NCBI GenBank assembly: GCA_002269645.1
Contig: NIVC01004559.1
Coordinates: 1-42,010 of the forward strand
Length of the DNA: 42,010 nucleotides
Origin: Macrostomum lignano
Taxonomy: Eukaryota
Direction: 5' to 3'
In this document: piece after piece, positions 1 through 11,243 of the stretch
Layout of the letters: each line of letters starts with the position of its first letter
Numbering within the stretch: the first letter of the stretch is position 1
Translations under genes and position numbers: made by a program
The notes under the pieces: generated by a model
Seen by the model: the letters and a program-made list of their open reading frames with translations, nothing else
The model's database searches: none
What the model was told of the DNA's origin: nothing

Positions 1-937
1 GGCGTACGGCATCAATCATCGTCAGACTCCGTTCTACCACCCTCAAGGAAAATTCCGGAGTGGAGCGCCTGAACCGCGTAGTCAAAGAGGGCTTGAAGAG
101 CCACCTTCAGACGGCTACTCGTTCCTGGAAGCGGTGCAGTCCATCCTGTGGGCGTACCGATCGACACCGCATGCGCTGACCGGCGTGACGCCAGCGGAGC
201 TGATGCTCGGCCGCAAGATCACCACGCCGCTGTGGACGCTGCAGCCGAAGCGAGCGACTCGAGAGCACCCACTGGCCGATCAGATCCAGGAGCGGCAAAG
301 ACGGCAGTTCAAGCGGCTCAACAGATCCCGGCAGCCGCCGCGCCAATTCCGGGTCGGCGACCTGGTGCGAGTGCGATCTCGCGGATGCGAGGCAAGCTGC
401 AGAGCCACGTGTCACCACCTCTACGGGTCAGCGACATCATCAGCCCGACGATCGTCAGGTTAGAGGACGGCTCAAGGTGGCACACCAGCCTCTGTATGCC
501 TCATGCGGAGCCCGAGGGTGCCAGCACGACTTCGGCAACGGCAATGCCGCCACAGCCGCCAGTGGCTGCAGAGCCGGCAGCGCCAGAAGGCCCGACGGAC
601 CCGCCGCCGGCGACCGTTGAGGCCGACGCGGAGCTGCGGCGCAGTACGCGACTGCGGGCACCACCGTTGTGGTACGGCCAGGTCGTGACGCATTGATTGC
701 CAGCTGTGAAGGGAATTAGTGACTGTTAAGGAGGGTGAATGTTGTAAAGTGAGTTTACTCACTGGGTTGTTTTGCTAGTCGGTGTTTGGGGGTCAAGGGA
801 TCCGATGTACATGCGCGCTCTGTTTGTATATGTACATGCGTTCTCGAGTAAATATAAGAATAGCTCCACCCTTTGGGTGAGGGTTTGAATTTTGTTTGTT
901 GGACTAAACCTGACTGACTTGTCTCTCGCTCACCACA
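1..937 (+). mobile_element. Gypsy/Ty3 LTR retrotransposon 3' end: integrase C-terminus (frameshifted), polypurine tract and 3' LTR
   Basis: Joining frames gives YHPQG(N)SGVERLNRVVKEGLK...VQSILWAYRSTPHALTGVTPAELMLGRKITTPL, the typical Gypsy integrase core end. The GPY/F-like tail FRVGDLVRVR follows, with a stop at 694-696. PPT-like AAGGAGGGTGAA at 728-739 is directly followed by TGTTGT (740), and the matching end ACCACA is at 932-937. The element runs off the left window edge. Confidence 0.85.
740..937 (+). repeat. 3' LTR (about 198 bp)
   Basis: TG...CA termini with a short imperfect inverted repeat (TGTTGT/ACCACA), preceded by the PPT. AGTAAA at 847-852 is a possible polyA signal. The 5' LTR is outside the window, so identity cannot be checked. 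Confidence 0.65.
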
Positions 938-1336
938 GAGAAGGCGGGTGGAGAGGGCGGAGGAAGAGGGCGGGTGGAGAGGGTGGAGGAAGAGGGCGGG
1001 TGGAGAGGGCGGGTGGAGAGGACGGAGGAAGAGGGTGGAGGAAGAGGGTGGAGGAAGAGGGTGGAGGAAGAGGGCGGGTGGAGAGGGTGGAGGAAGAGGG
1101 CGGAGGAAGAGGGTGGAGGAAGAGGGTGGAGGAAGAGGGCGGGTGGAGAGGGCGGGTGAGAGGCGGAGGAAGAGGGCGGGTGGAGGGTGGAGGTAGAGGG
1201 CGGGTGGAGAGGGCGGAGGAAGAGGGCGGGTGGAGAGGGTGGAGGAAGAGGGTGGAGGTAGAGGGCGGGTGGAGAGGGCGGAGGAAGAGGGCGGAGGAAG
1301 AGAGCGGAGGTAGAGGGCGGGTTGAGAGGGAGGTGT
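938..1336. repeat. Purine-rich low-complexity tandem repeat (GGAGGAAGAGGG / CGGGTGGAGAG modules)
   Basis: Directly visible. The ORFs at 892-1338, 948-1196 and 974-1159 are repeat artefacts. Confidence 0.9.
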
Positions 1337-1529
1337 GAATAAGGCGCTAGTCTGACTCTCCCAGAGAAATCCTGATAGAAGATAGTCGTAGTTGTCTGAA
1401 ACTAACTGGCAAAAATTTATTAGCCAGGGTTTAACAAATGCAATTTAATCCTTCCGTTAGCTGTTCCTTCATAGCTCGTACAGAGTTGACAACCGCCACC
1501 CCCCTCGAATGAACTTTCAAAAGGTTGGT

Positions 1530-2080
1530 GTTTATTGAGACCTGTTAGCCAATGAGGGGGGACTGAGTGGAAGCCAGCATCCCCATTACTTTAATGACAA
1601 AAACATATTCTGCAAAATAAAGCTGCTCAGGCTATCAAAACGTCAACAATCAGACAGGACTTTTAGGGCTTTTGAATCAGCTGACATAATAACGCAGTTT
1701 TCTTCACTGCAAATATTTTAGCAAAAGGTAGGTGATCAATTTTATCTGCATGAATATTCAGTGGGCCGGTACTTCTGTATGTACCCTCGTATTGGACCGT
1801 GTCGAGCAGAAGGCTGCCAGGATCCTTGGTGACTCCTTCAAGGCTCCATACAGCCTTAGCACTCGCAGAACTGTTGCTGGACTGGCTTGTGTCCATAGAC
1901 TTCTGCGGGGTCAACTTCAGCAGCTCCTCCCTTCTTTTGCTCCACAGTCGCACCATCAGGTCTCCGCTCTAACAGCAAACAGCACACTTTTGCTTCCTTT
2001 CTTTTCCACATACTGTGCTGAATGTGGAATGCTGAACCTCCCATGGTTGCGAGACTTTCCCTACTGGATAACTTGGTCAT
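1530..2080 (+). mobile_element. Decayed non-LTR retrotransposon (LINE) reverse-transcriptase C-terminal region
   Basis: LDRVEQKAARILGDSFKAPYSLSTRRTVAGLACVHRLL matches the post-RT segment of CR1/L2/Jockey-type LINEs (LDRVQxxAxR...L.L.xRR.xA.L). A frameshifted SFF...MWN.LP-like motif lies near 2000-2045. Confidence 0.6.
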
Positions 2081-2349
2081 CTCGACAGCTCTTTCTTCAA
2101 CAGCCCAGAGCCTTTCCATTGTTTGAAATAGGTTGGCCTTTTCATCACGGGCTCCTCGGTCACACTACCACTTCAATTGTCATTCACTCCAAGGGCCTTA
2201 ATACTCGTAATAAGTACCTTTTCAGCCTTGAAAAGGTTGAAAAGGTTCCCTGCATTTCTTACATTCATGCAGCCGACTCCAGCAGGCTTTCTGGTTTCTT
2301 CCAACAGCAGTCCAGCCTTCTCCACTACTGTCTCACCGCGTTCAGCTCA

Positions 2350-3300
2350 CCGCGACTGAAGCCGCTTCATCCGAGCGTACCTGGCGGTTGAGCCGCGAGA
2401 GCCTCTCCGACTACGAGGCCGTGATGGTCGGTCTCCGCTGAAGTCCGAAATCCAGTGCTCAGCTGCTGCCAGCAGCGACTCCGCTGTGCAGCTGGTGGCG
2501 TTCAGCGCCATCTCTGGTCTGTGCGCTCTCTTCAGGTGTCGCCTGGGCCTGAGCCACTGCAGGAAGTGCCGCAATGCGAACAAGGGAGCTCAGCGAGTGT
2601 GGGTGAGTCACTCCGTTAGATGTGTAGCATCACTACCACAATTTAACGCGTGGTAACCTGGCACACCTGTGTGTCACCTTGCAGACAGCCGGCAGTGACT
2701 GCTGGACCACCGTGCAGCACAGGGTGTCCGGCTCAGTGGACTTTTACCGCAACTGGACTCAGTATCAGAGCGATTTCGGCGAGGGACCCGACGGAAACTA
2801 CTGGATCGGTGAGTGCATCCCAGATCTGCTCCATTCGCTTCCTTTTCCAACTCGGATTTCAATTACAAACACCGCCATGACGTCCGCATCTTCCCAGGCC
2901 TGAACTCTCTCCACGCTCTCACTGCTTCTGGTCCTCGGAAGCTGAGGATCCTGATGAAGGTGTGGAACGACTCTGAGCACTGGGCTGAGTACTCCAGCTT
3001 CTCCGTGGGTCCCGAGTCGGACAGCTACCGGCTGAGCGTGTCCGGCTTCTCCGGCAGCGCCGGCATTGGCGACTCGATGCTTCGCAACGACGGCAGACCA
3101 TTCAGCACGCGGGACGCCGATCACGACACCTACCTGGAAGGTCACTGCGCAGTAATACACATAGGCGCCTGGTGGTTCTCCGGGCAAAAATACAGAGAAT
3201 TTCCTTCGGCTATTGGCGGTCCCTTGGCGAGGGCCTGATCTGGAGAGACCCGTTCGGTTCCTACTACTCTCTGCACGAGATGGAAGTACTTTTCTTGTAG
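2350..3300 (+). pseudogene. Fibrinogen-related domain (FReD) lectin-like gene with frameshift; pseudogene or assembly error
   Basis: Exon 2685-2808 ([42 protein letters not shown]), GT-AG intron 2809-2897, then an exon from 2898 (GLNSLHALT...AEYSSFSVGPESDSYRLSVSGFSGSAGIGDSM...FSTRDADHD...CA...GAWWF). The C-terminal GEGLIWRDPFGSYYSLHEMEVLFL* lies in another frame (stop 3298-3300). A candidate upstream Cys-containing exon ends at donor 2602/2603; its start is uncertain. Confidence 0.8.
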
Positions 3301-4043
3301 ACAGCTGACTGGAACTTTGTCAACGTTGAATTGCTTTGGTTGAGAAACATTTTTCAATTTGATGGCGAACTGATCGAGCCCTGAGCTCACCTTCAACTCC
3401 GACCAATTGTTTCATAACCCCCTCCAGTACATACAGATGCGGCACCTTGCTTTTGTTGTTTTCAGTCTTAGTGTCGGCCAGTCTGTCTGTCTGCTTGTTT
3501 GTTTGTTTGTTAGCGTTTCTTTCTGGTTGTTTTACTGTCAATCTGACAGCCTAACAATTTCACAGCCATAGTACCGTGTTGTGCCGCTATGCTATTTATT
3601 TATTTACCTATTTATTTTCCTCTTGCAGTTCAGCCCTTCATGCTACATTTGACGCATATTTAACCCTCTGTCACTGAGGTACACTACTTCAATTCAGTAT
3701 ATATCCAAGGTACTAAATCCTGTTATATTCCCCAAACCTCAATCCTCAATAGAAATTCTCGAACGTTTGAGGTCATGAGAACCTGTACAACAACAATCTA
3801 GAAATAGTCTTTCACTCAGGCAACTGTACATGGATCTGAAATTCCCTCTAGTTTAAAACTTCCCACAATTTCAGCTCCGGTTAACGACGCCAAGGTTTAC
3901 GTAAACAGCGCATGCAATTAAAATTAATTCCGCTGTTGCTACGGGGCCAGGGCGGTTGAGTTGGAGTGTTGGAGGGGGGGGGGTCAGTCCTTAGTGCTCT
4001 CTCCTGAGTGTCGGTTTTGGGTGAGGCTGGGGCGGCCTCCATG

Positions 4044-5217
4044 GGGTACCTCTCATTTTGCCGATTCTCGTTTCGCCGATTCTCGTTTCGCCGACATTCT
4101 CATTTCGCCGATTCTCGGTTCGCCGAAATTAGTTTCACAACCATCTGGACATTAGACCATAGACAACTACACTAATGCAAGTGTGATTTAGATGTCTATG
4201 GCTTGAAAAATAAAGTATTGTATTGGTAATATAGCTTTTTGCAGCCCATTCGGGCTTACGGGCATTTAATTTAATCCGAGATACGTTTGCCAGTGTAACG
4301 GAGCTTTTGTCTATGGTAGCAAGTCTGGCACAGCAGCATTTAATTTGGTCCAACAAGCATCAATTTGGTCCAAACGCTCGTGAGCCATTCGGCAAACTCC
4401 TGCCTTCTCGCAACCGTCTGCGGGTTGTTGCGTACCGCTGGAATGTCAGAGTCTCTACCGACAATTTTCTGTCGCTTTTCCAGAGCTCTGCTGATAGTCG
4501 AACTCTGATAACCAACTGGAACTGTTCCCTCAACTTCTTTCCTTCAACTTCTGCTGCATTTTCTGCAGCATCAACAAATGGCTCGTCTCAATTGTATCGA
4601 GTAGCAGTTGGACCTGAAGCTCTCGAGCAACTTGCCCTGGCGATTGCCACCCATTCGCAGGCGATATCTGCCGGCAGATTTTCAACGCGCTGATGGATGC
4701 TGAAAACCATCTTTTCTTTTACATTCAGCAGCCTTTGGGTGTTCACCTCTGTCGAGCGCTTCGATCACAAGCCTAATGGCATTCGTTTGACAGCCTAGCA
4801 TATGGTCCACAATTCTGTGGCTGATCTAGCTCCTCCGCAGCAGTTGCTAATGAAGCTATGGACCAAATTGATGCTTGTTGGACCAAATTAAATGCTGCTG
4901 TGCCAGCCTTGCTACCATAGACAAAAGCTCCGTTACTTTGACAAACATATCTCGGATTAAATTAAATGCCCGTAAGCCCAAATGGGCTGCAAAATGCTAT
5001 ATTACCAATACAATACTTTATTTTTCAAGCCATAGACATCTAAATCACACTTGCATTAGTGTAGTTGTCTATGGTCTAATGTCCAGATGGTTGTGAAACT
5101 AATTTCGGCGAACCGAGAATCGGCGAAATGAGAATGTCGGCGAACCGAGAATCGGCGAAACGAGAATCGGCGAAACGAGAATCGGCGAAACGAGAATCGG
5201 CGAAATGAGAGGTACCC
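4044..5217. mobile_element. Foldback/Mutator-like non-autonomous DNA transposon with about 330-360 bp TIRs and a 9-bp TSD
   Basis: GGGTACC...GGTACCC termini and a perfect TSD GCCTCCATG at 4035-4043 and 5218-5226. TIRs 4044-4372 and 4859-5217 contain 15-bp subterminal repeats (TTCTCGTTTCGCCGA), with two extra units on the right. Confidence 0.9.
4373..4801 (-). pseudogene. Frameshifted N-terminal fragment of a Tc1/IS630-like transposase (HTH regions)
   Basis: Manual translation across frames: RLVIEALDRGEHPK..LLNVKK.MVFSIHQR / RMGGNRQGKLL / QVQLLLDTIETSHLLMLQKMQQKLKER / SSTISRALEKRQKIVGRDSDIPAVRNNPQTVARRQEFAEWL. This is the RGG.R..KL...STISRAL...P..RN....R..F..W pattern of IS630-Tc1 transposases. 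No DDE domain is present. Confidence 0.6.
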
Positions 5218-6617
5218 GCCTCCATGTGCGAGGGCTCATTTAATTTTTTACGGCTGGCTGCCTCCGCTTGTTTACCACCTGCTAACCTTTGATATCTGGA
5301 ATGAATGATGGCTGCTGTAGTTTTGTCATGCGCTGCCTTCCAGTGTGGATTCGGTTGTCTTGGTTGCCTCATTCCGCTTCTATACACGCTTATATATATT
5401 TATTCCAGCCTTGAGTCACTTCCTGCCCTAGGCTTCATAAGTCTATTCTATAAGGTAAATTTTTAACCCTGCACAGTGATAGTTTTGATATCTTAAAGGT
5501 TCGTCACGCCACTATCCATTGAAGCCGTCAAATGTCTGCAATGTCAGCTTTACTTGGAGGCCTTGATGGCAAATTTCCAAATTAAAGCCACAAAACATCC
5601 TATATACTAAAAATTATTTACTATATATTGTGAAAGCCTGACATCATAGCGTCTGTTTTAACACCGAAACAACAATAGTAAAATTGGACAATGAAGTTTA
5701 ACAACCCAAGTAAGTGTTGGTACCATCAGGAAAAATGAGCTTGTCTTCTGCTTTGTTTATTTGCTTTTAGCGAGCATTTTCTGTGACTTTAAGCAGTTTT
5801 CGTTCAGTAGCAAATTCCGCTAGCAATGAGAGTTTTGTGAATGTACCAGCCATGAACTTCTACAGTAGAAAATGCTGCTCTCAGGAGTGGCTTCGGGAGT
5901 CTGAAGCAGACACTGCCAGGAGGGGAGCTTCGAAGCACCGACTTGTGATGAGATGCGGCTTCTCTCCAGCTCTTCTCTCAGCTCTCATGCTCTCCAGCGC
6001 TGCACACCAGCCTCCCAATCGATACTCAGCGTCAATCGTTGCGCTGCATTTTCTACACAAAAATAATAAAAACTCGCAATAGCCTCTACTAGTCACAGTA
6101 GTCTAAAATACAAATTAATAGCTATTTGAAAAAATCAACCGTGATCCAAGTTTCAAACTTGCAGGCTCAGGAGAGCTGTGCAAATAGATAAACACTCATA
6201 AAACACTCAAAAATGAATTGCAGGAGCTTTTATAAAACTTTTTCTCAAGAGCGAGCTTCACAAAAAAGCTGAAGCAACATAAAAAGACCAGACACTTCTA
6301 CTCAAAAGGCCCCTCGACTTAAAGACCATCCATATCCATGTATTTCTGAGCTGTCGTACATATTGAAGCATGGTGGGGCCAGTAGCTAACGCAAAAGGGA
6401 AAGGGGAGGAAGGGCAGGGGGCCTGCCACCCCCTCAAATGAGAGAGGCAACGAAGCTTGACGAATGACAAGAGCTCAACAACTTTTGCCAAGTCTTGAAG
6501 GTGGCCTTTACCGGTCTAAGATAGCAGGGTAGAGGCGCCCCGCCCCCCCCCCCCCATGAGACAGGTAGTGGCGCCCATTAGTATTGCGACCCCCGCAATT
6601 AAAATAAAAAATAACAA

Positions 6618-7123
6618 CCAGCGCCAGCACCAGGGGTTTTAGCACCAGGGGCTTTAGCACCAGGGGAGCCAGCACCAGGGGTTTTAGCACCAGGGGCTTT
6701 AGCACCAGGGGAGCCAGCACCAGGGGTTTTAGCACCAGGGGCTTTAGCACCAGGGGAGCCAGCACCAGGGGAGCCAGCACCAGGGGAGCCAGCACCAGGG
6801 GAGCCAGCACCAGGGGAGCCAGCACCAGGGGAGCCAGCACCAGGGGAGCCAGCACCAGGGGCGCCAGCACCAGGGGTGCCAGCACCAGGGGTGCCAGCAC
6901 CAGGGGTGCCAGCACCAGGGGTGCCAGCACCAGGGGTGCCAGCACCAGGGGTGCCAGCACCAGGGGTGCCAGCACCAGGGGTGCCAGCACCAGGGGTGCC
7001 AGCACCAGGGGTGCCAGCACCAGGGGTGCCAGCACCAGGGGTGCCAGCACCAGGGGTGCCAGCACCAGGGGTGCCAGCACCAGGGGTGCCAGCACCAGGG
7101 GCGCCAGCACCAGGGGCGCCAGG
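6618..7123. repeat. 15-bp minisatellite (CCAGCACCAGGGG-TG/AG/CG) with variant blocks
   Basis: Directly visible. The LAPLV/PGAGT/PAPGV ORFs are artefacts. Confidence 0.95.
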
Positions 7124-7662
7124 TGCTAAAGTTCCACTTAGAATTTTGATTTGGTTTTTAAAGGCTACAAGTAAAAAGTAATGGTAGTGACAAGATAACA
7201 CGAGCAGCGTGCAAAAATAATTGCCAGAAAAACATTTCCAACGCAATTTTAACAATTTTTCTTGATCCTTGTTCTGCAGTGGTAACGAAGTAAATCTGCA
7301 AACATTTGGACTCTTTTATCCGCATGGAAAAATTGCAGTTAAGACACTCTGCATGTACCTGCGCATTAGACAGCTGATTAAAAAAGAACAAGCACGAGTG
7401 AGTCAGTCAGTGATTCAGAATTTAGAGGTGCGCCGTGTATTACGTGTCGCTTTTAAATAGAAATCATTACTGAACTCACCATGACTTAAGTAAGAGCTCA
7501 GCAATGTACTCCAAGCAAACAGAGATTACATGTAAGTATTTACATATGTACATGTAGCTCACCCATCAGCTGGAAGAATCGAATCTCGCAGATGGTAGGA
7601 CCGATCCAGTCCGGGTCTGAACCCGCAGCACCCTGCCGCTGAGACCGCAGCTCACCCATCAG

Positions 7663-8576
7663 CAGGGGCGTCGCCAACGGGGGGGACAGGGGGGACATGT
7701 CCCCCCCCCAGTAAAAGATCTGGGGGGGGCATGCCAATGCTTTGTCCCCCACCCCACATTGTGGCCCGATATGGAAATCAATAATTTTGCTGCAGGGCCT
7801 GCGGCGCTAAAATGAGTGCCTGCGGCGCTAAAAATGAGTGCCTGCTGCGCTAAAATGAGTGCCTGCAGCGCTAAAATGAGTGCCTGCGGCGCTAAAATGA
7901 GTGCCTGCAGCGCTAAAATGAGTGCCTGCAGCGCTAAAATGAGTGCCTGCAGCGCTAAAATGAGTGCCTGCGGCGCTAAAATGAGTGCCTGCGGCGCTAA
8001 AATGAGTGCCTGCGGCGCTAAAATGAGTGCCTGCGGCGCTAAAATGAGTGCCTGCGGCGCTAAAATGAGTGCCTGCGGCGCTAAAATGAGTGCCTGCGGC
8101 GCTAAAATGAGTGCCTGCGGCGCTAAAATGAGTTCCTGTGGCGCTAAAATGAGTGCCTGCGGCGCTAAAATGAGTGCCTGCAGCGCTAAAATGAGTTCCT
8201 GCAGCGCTAAAATGAGTGCCTGCGGCGCTAAAATGAGTGCCTGCAGCGCTAAAATGAGTGCCTGCGGCGCTAAAATGAGTGCCTGCGGCGCCAAAATGAG
8301 TGCCTGCGGTGCTAAAATGAGTGCCTGCGGCGCTAAAATGAGTGCCTGCGGCGCTTAAATGAGTGCCTGCGGCGCTAAAATGAGTGCCTGCGGCGCTAAA
8401 ATGAGTGCCTGCGGCGCCAAAATGAGTGCCTGCGGCGCTAAAATGAGTGCCTGCGGCGCCAAAATGAGTGCCTGCGGCGCTAAAATGAGTGCTGACAACA
8501 CCGATTCTGAGAATAATGTACATGTACAATTGTTGGCTTTGTCCCATCCACCATAAAATCCATGGCGACGCCCCTG
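7663..8576. mobile_element. hAT-type MITE containing a 21-bp minisatellite
   Basis: Perfect 14-bp TIR CAGGGGCGTCGCCA / TGGCGACGCCCCTG. The 8-bp TSD CCCATCAG (7655-7662) / CCCGTCAG (8577-8584) matches at 7 of 8 positions. Confidence 0.9.
7797..8490. repeat. 21-bp minisatellite (GCGGCGCTAAAATGAGTGCCT)
   Basis: About 33 visible copies inside the MITE. The KMSACGA/ILAPQAL ORFs are artefacts. Confidence 0.95.
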
Positions 8577-8756
8577 CCCGTCAGCTAGAAAAAGCGAGTC
8601 TCGCAGATGGTCAGGACCGATCCAGTCCGGGTCTGAACCCGCAGCACTCTGCCGCTGAGGCCGCAGCTCACATTGAAGACGGACTCGGGAGTCTCTGTGG
8701 AGTAGCTGGCGCATTGAACTCCGTCCATCAGCAGCTGGAAGTGACTCACAGAATCA

Positions 8757-10245
8757 CTCCACTTCTTACAGACAAACTCCACCTCGCTGTTTCCCTAAAC
8801 CTCTCATTTCACTCCACCTCTCACAGTCCCACTCCAACTCTCACGGACTCACTCCACCTCTCACCGACTCACTCCACCTCTCACAGTCCCACTCCAACTC
8901 TCACGGACTCACTCCACCTCTCACCGACTCACTCCACCTCTCACTGTCCCACTCCACCTCTCACAGTCCCACTCCAACTCTCACGGACTCACTCCACCTC
9001 TCACAGACACACTCCACCTCTCACTGTCCCACTCCAACTCTCACAGTCCTACTCCAACTCTCACGGACTCACTCCACCTCTCACCGACTCACTCCACCTC
9101 TCACAGACACACTCTACCTCTCACTGTCCCACTCCAACTCTCACGGACTCACTCCACCTCTCACCGACTCACTCCATCTCTCACAGACACACTCTACCTC
9201 TCACTGTCCCACTCCAACTCTCACGGACTCACTCCACCTCTCACAGTCCCACTCCACCTCTCACAGACACACTCCACCTCTCACAGTCCCACTCCAACTC
9301 TCACGGACTCACTCCACCTCTCACAGACACACTCCACCTCTCACTGTCCCACTCAAACTCTCACGGACTCACTCCACCTCTCACAGACACACTCCACCTC
9401 ACTGTTTCCCTAAACCTCTCATTTCACTCCACCTCTCACTCCACCTCTCACAGACACACTCCACCTCTCAGTCCCACTCCAACTCTCACGGACTCACTCC
9501 ACCTCTCACAGACACACTCCACCTCTCACTGTCCCACTCCACCTCTCACAGACACACTCCACCTCTCACTGTCCCACTCCAACTCTCACGGACTCACTCC
9601 AACTCTCAAAGTCCCACTCCAACTCTCACGGACTCACTCCACCTCTCACCGACTCACTCCATCTCTCACAGACACACTCTACCTCTCACTGTCCCACTCC
9701 AACTCTCACGGACTCACTCCACCTCTCACAGTCCCACTCCAACTCTCACCGACTCACTCCACCTCTCACAGACACACTCCACCTCTCACTGTCCCACTCC
9801 AACTCTCACGGACTCACTCCACCTCTCACAGTCCCACTCCAACTCTCACCGACTCACTCCACCTCTCACAGTCCCAATCCAACTCTCACGGACTCACTCC
9901 ACCTCTCACAGTCCCACTCCAACTCTCACGGACTCACTCCAACTCTCACAGTCCCACTCCAACTCTCACGGATTCACTCCACCTCTCAGACTCACTCCAC
10001 CTCTCACAGACACACTCCACCTCTCACTGTCCCACTCCAACTCTCACAGACACACTCCACCTCTCACAGTCCCACTCCAACTCTCACAGACACACTCCAC
10101 CTCTCACTGTCCCACTCCAACTCTCACAGACACACTCCACCTCTCACTGTCCCACTCCAACTCTCACTGACTCACTCTACATCTCACAGTTCCACACTAC
10201 CTCTCACTGTCCCACTCTACCTCTTACTGTCCCACCACTATAACT
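8757..10245. repeat. About 20-bp C-rich minisatellite (ACTCCACCTCTCACAGTCCC variants)
   Basis: Directly visible. The 584-aa ORF at 8489-10243 is an artefact. Confidence 0.95.
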
Positions 10246-11157
10246 CTCGCTTACTCCAATTCCTACAGAAATCAAAACAGCAACCTGAACAGCAGACACT
10301 TACCAGCATGCAGTGAATTTTGCAGCAAGCATCAGTCCGACAGAGTACCTTATTGAACACTGCTGCAGCGCCGGCATATAAGAACCCAAGGCCCAGATTG
10401 CCAGCCAATGAGGCTTCAGCAGCAGAAACTAAAGAAAGTCAGCTGAACTCAGCAAGCAAAAGCAATTGAAATTGGAAACTATTAATTTATATTTACAGTC
10501 GCGTAAACAATTAAAAAATAGTTGACAATAGAAATAAATAATAAGTTGTTGATCAGTAGAAAGCTAATGAAATTTCCAACTGTCTTTAACCTCTTTGTAC
10601 AGGTAAATTATTAAAAAATTAATTCGCGCAGCAGAACTGCTTAGAGAGAAAAAATGTAAAAAATGAAGAAAATATTAAAAATGTTAAAGTATGATAGATG
10701 AACAACCAGCATCTGCTCACATTTCGCATTAGGTCTACAACGCCTGATCCTAAGCACTGAAGCAAATGAAATATAATAGATGTTAACACCGAATCTTGAA
10801 GCAAAAAGTTACAATGAACTGCTAGACAAGGTCAATAAAAATCAGTCCACGCGGCCGGTTGCCATGGTGATTCGGTAGGCAATAAACACGGGGAACAAGC
10901 ATAGCTCATACATTTATATTTATCAGTAATACTAAGAATTCAATCCGAGTGGAGACAGGGATGCACAAGCAGTTTGCTGAACCGGCTACACAGCAATTCA
11001 AGATTTTCATTCAATGCAACCGGTAGAAAAAGTATGGGAATTGAGTTGCTCAGTTAATAGAGGATGAAGATATTTCATGCGGTGCTGACACGGACTGTTA
11101 TGTACAGGCTGAAAGGGACATTGTCATGCGAGCAGGGAGGTAGGGAGGTAGACAGAC

Positions 11158-11195
11158 CGGCAGACACACACACAGACAGACAGACAGACAGACAC

Positions 11196-11230
<35 letters not shown>
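11158..11230. repeat. (CAGA)n microsatellite just 3' of the RXR stop
   Basis: Directly visible. A similar tract fills RXR intron 1 (12670-12712). Confidence 0.9.
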
Positions 11231-11243
11231 GCAGTCGGGAAGC

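Larger units (their letters stand above)
7562..10428 (-). pseudogene. Broken F-type lectin (FTP / F5-8C-like) gene fragment
   Basis: Exon about 8745-8585 reads LLMDGVQCASYSTETPESVFNVSCGLSGRVLRVQTRTGSVLTICETRFF*, fitting the FTP C-terminal C...GRxVxV...LxxCEV.xF signature. Its last 93 bp are duplicated at 7562-7654, ending in donor G|GTGAG. A weaker upstream exon at about 10428-10304 (WLAI/NLGLG...VFNK...RTDACC, donor GTAAGT) resembles W.VDLG...NR.DCC. Confidence 0.5.

Noticed and set aside
3660-3960. TTAA-CCCT piggyBac-like terminus (another at about 5462)
   Set aside because: No matching inverted end with TTAA nearby and no transposase remnant.
5783-6500. Short ORFs and a possible further exon of the lectin-like gene (acceptor near 6056)
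   Set aside because: No recognisable motif and an early stop in the phase-compatible frame.
6508-10243. Long ORFs (200-584 aa) such as LAPLV, PGAGT, KMSACGA and the Thr/Ser/His-rich 584-aa frame
   Set aside because: They are pure translations of 15-, 21- and 20-bp minisatellites, open on both strands, with no unique domain.
10858-10871. RFX X-box-like GTTGCCATGGTGAT
   Set aside because: The right half-site is imperfect and no supported TSS lies nearby; it could occur by chance.
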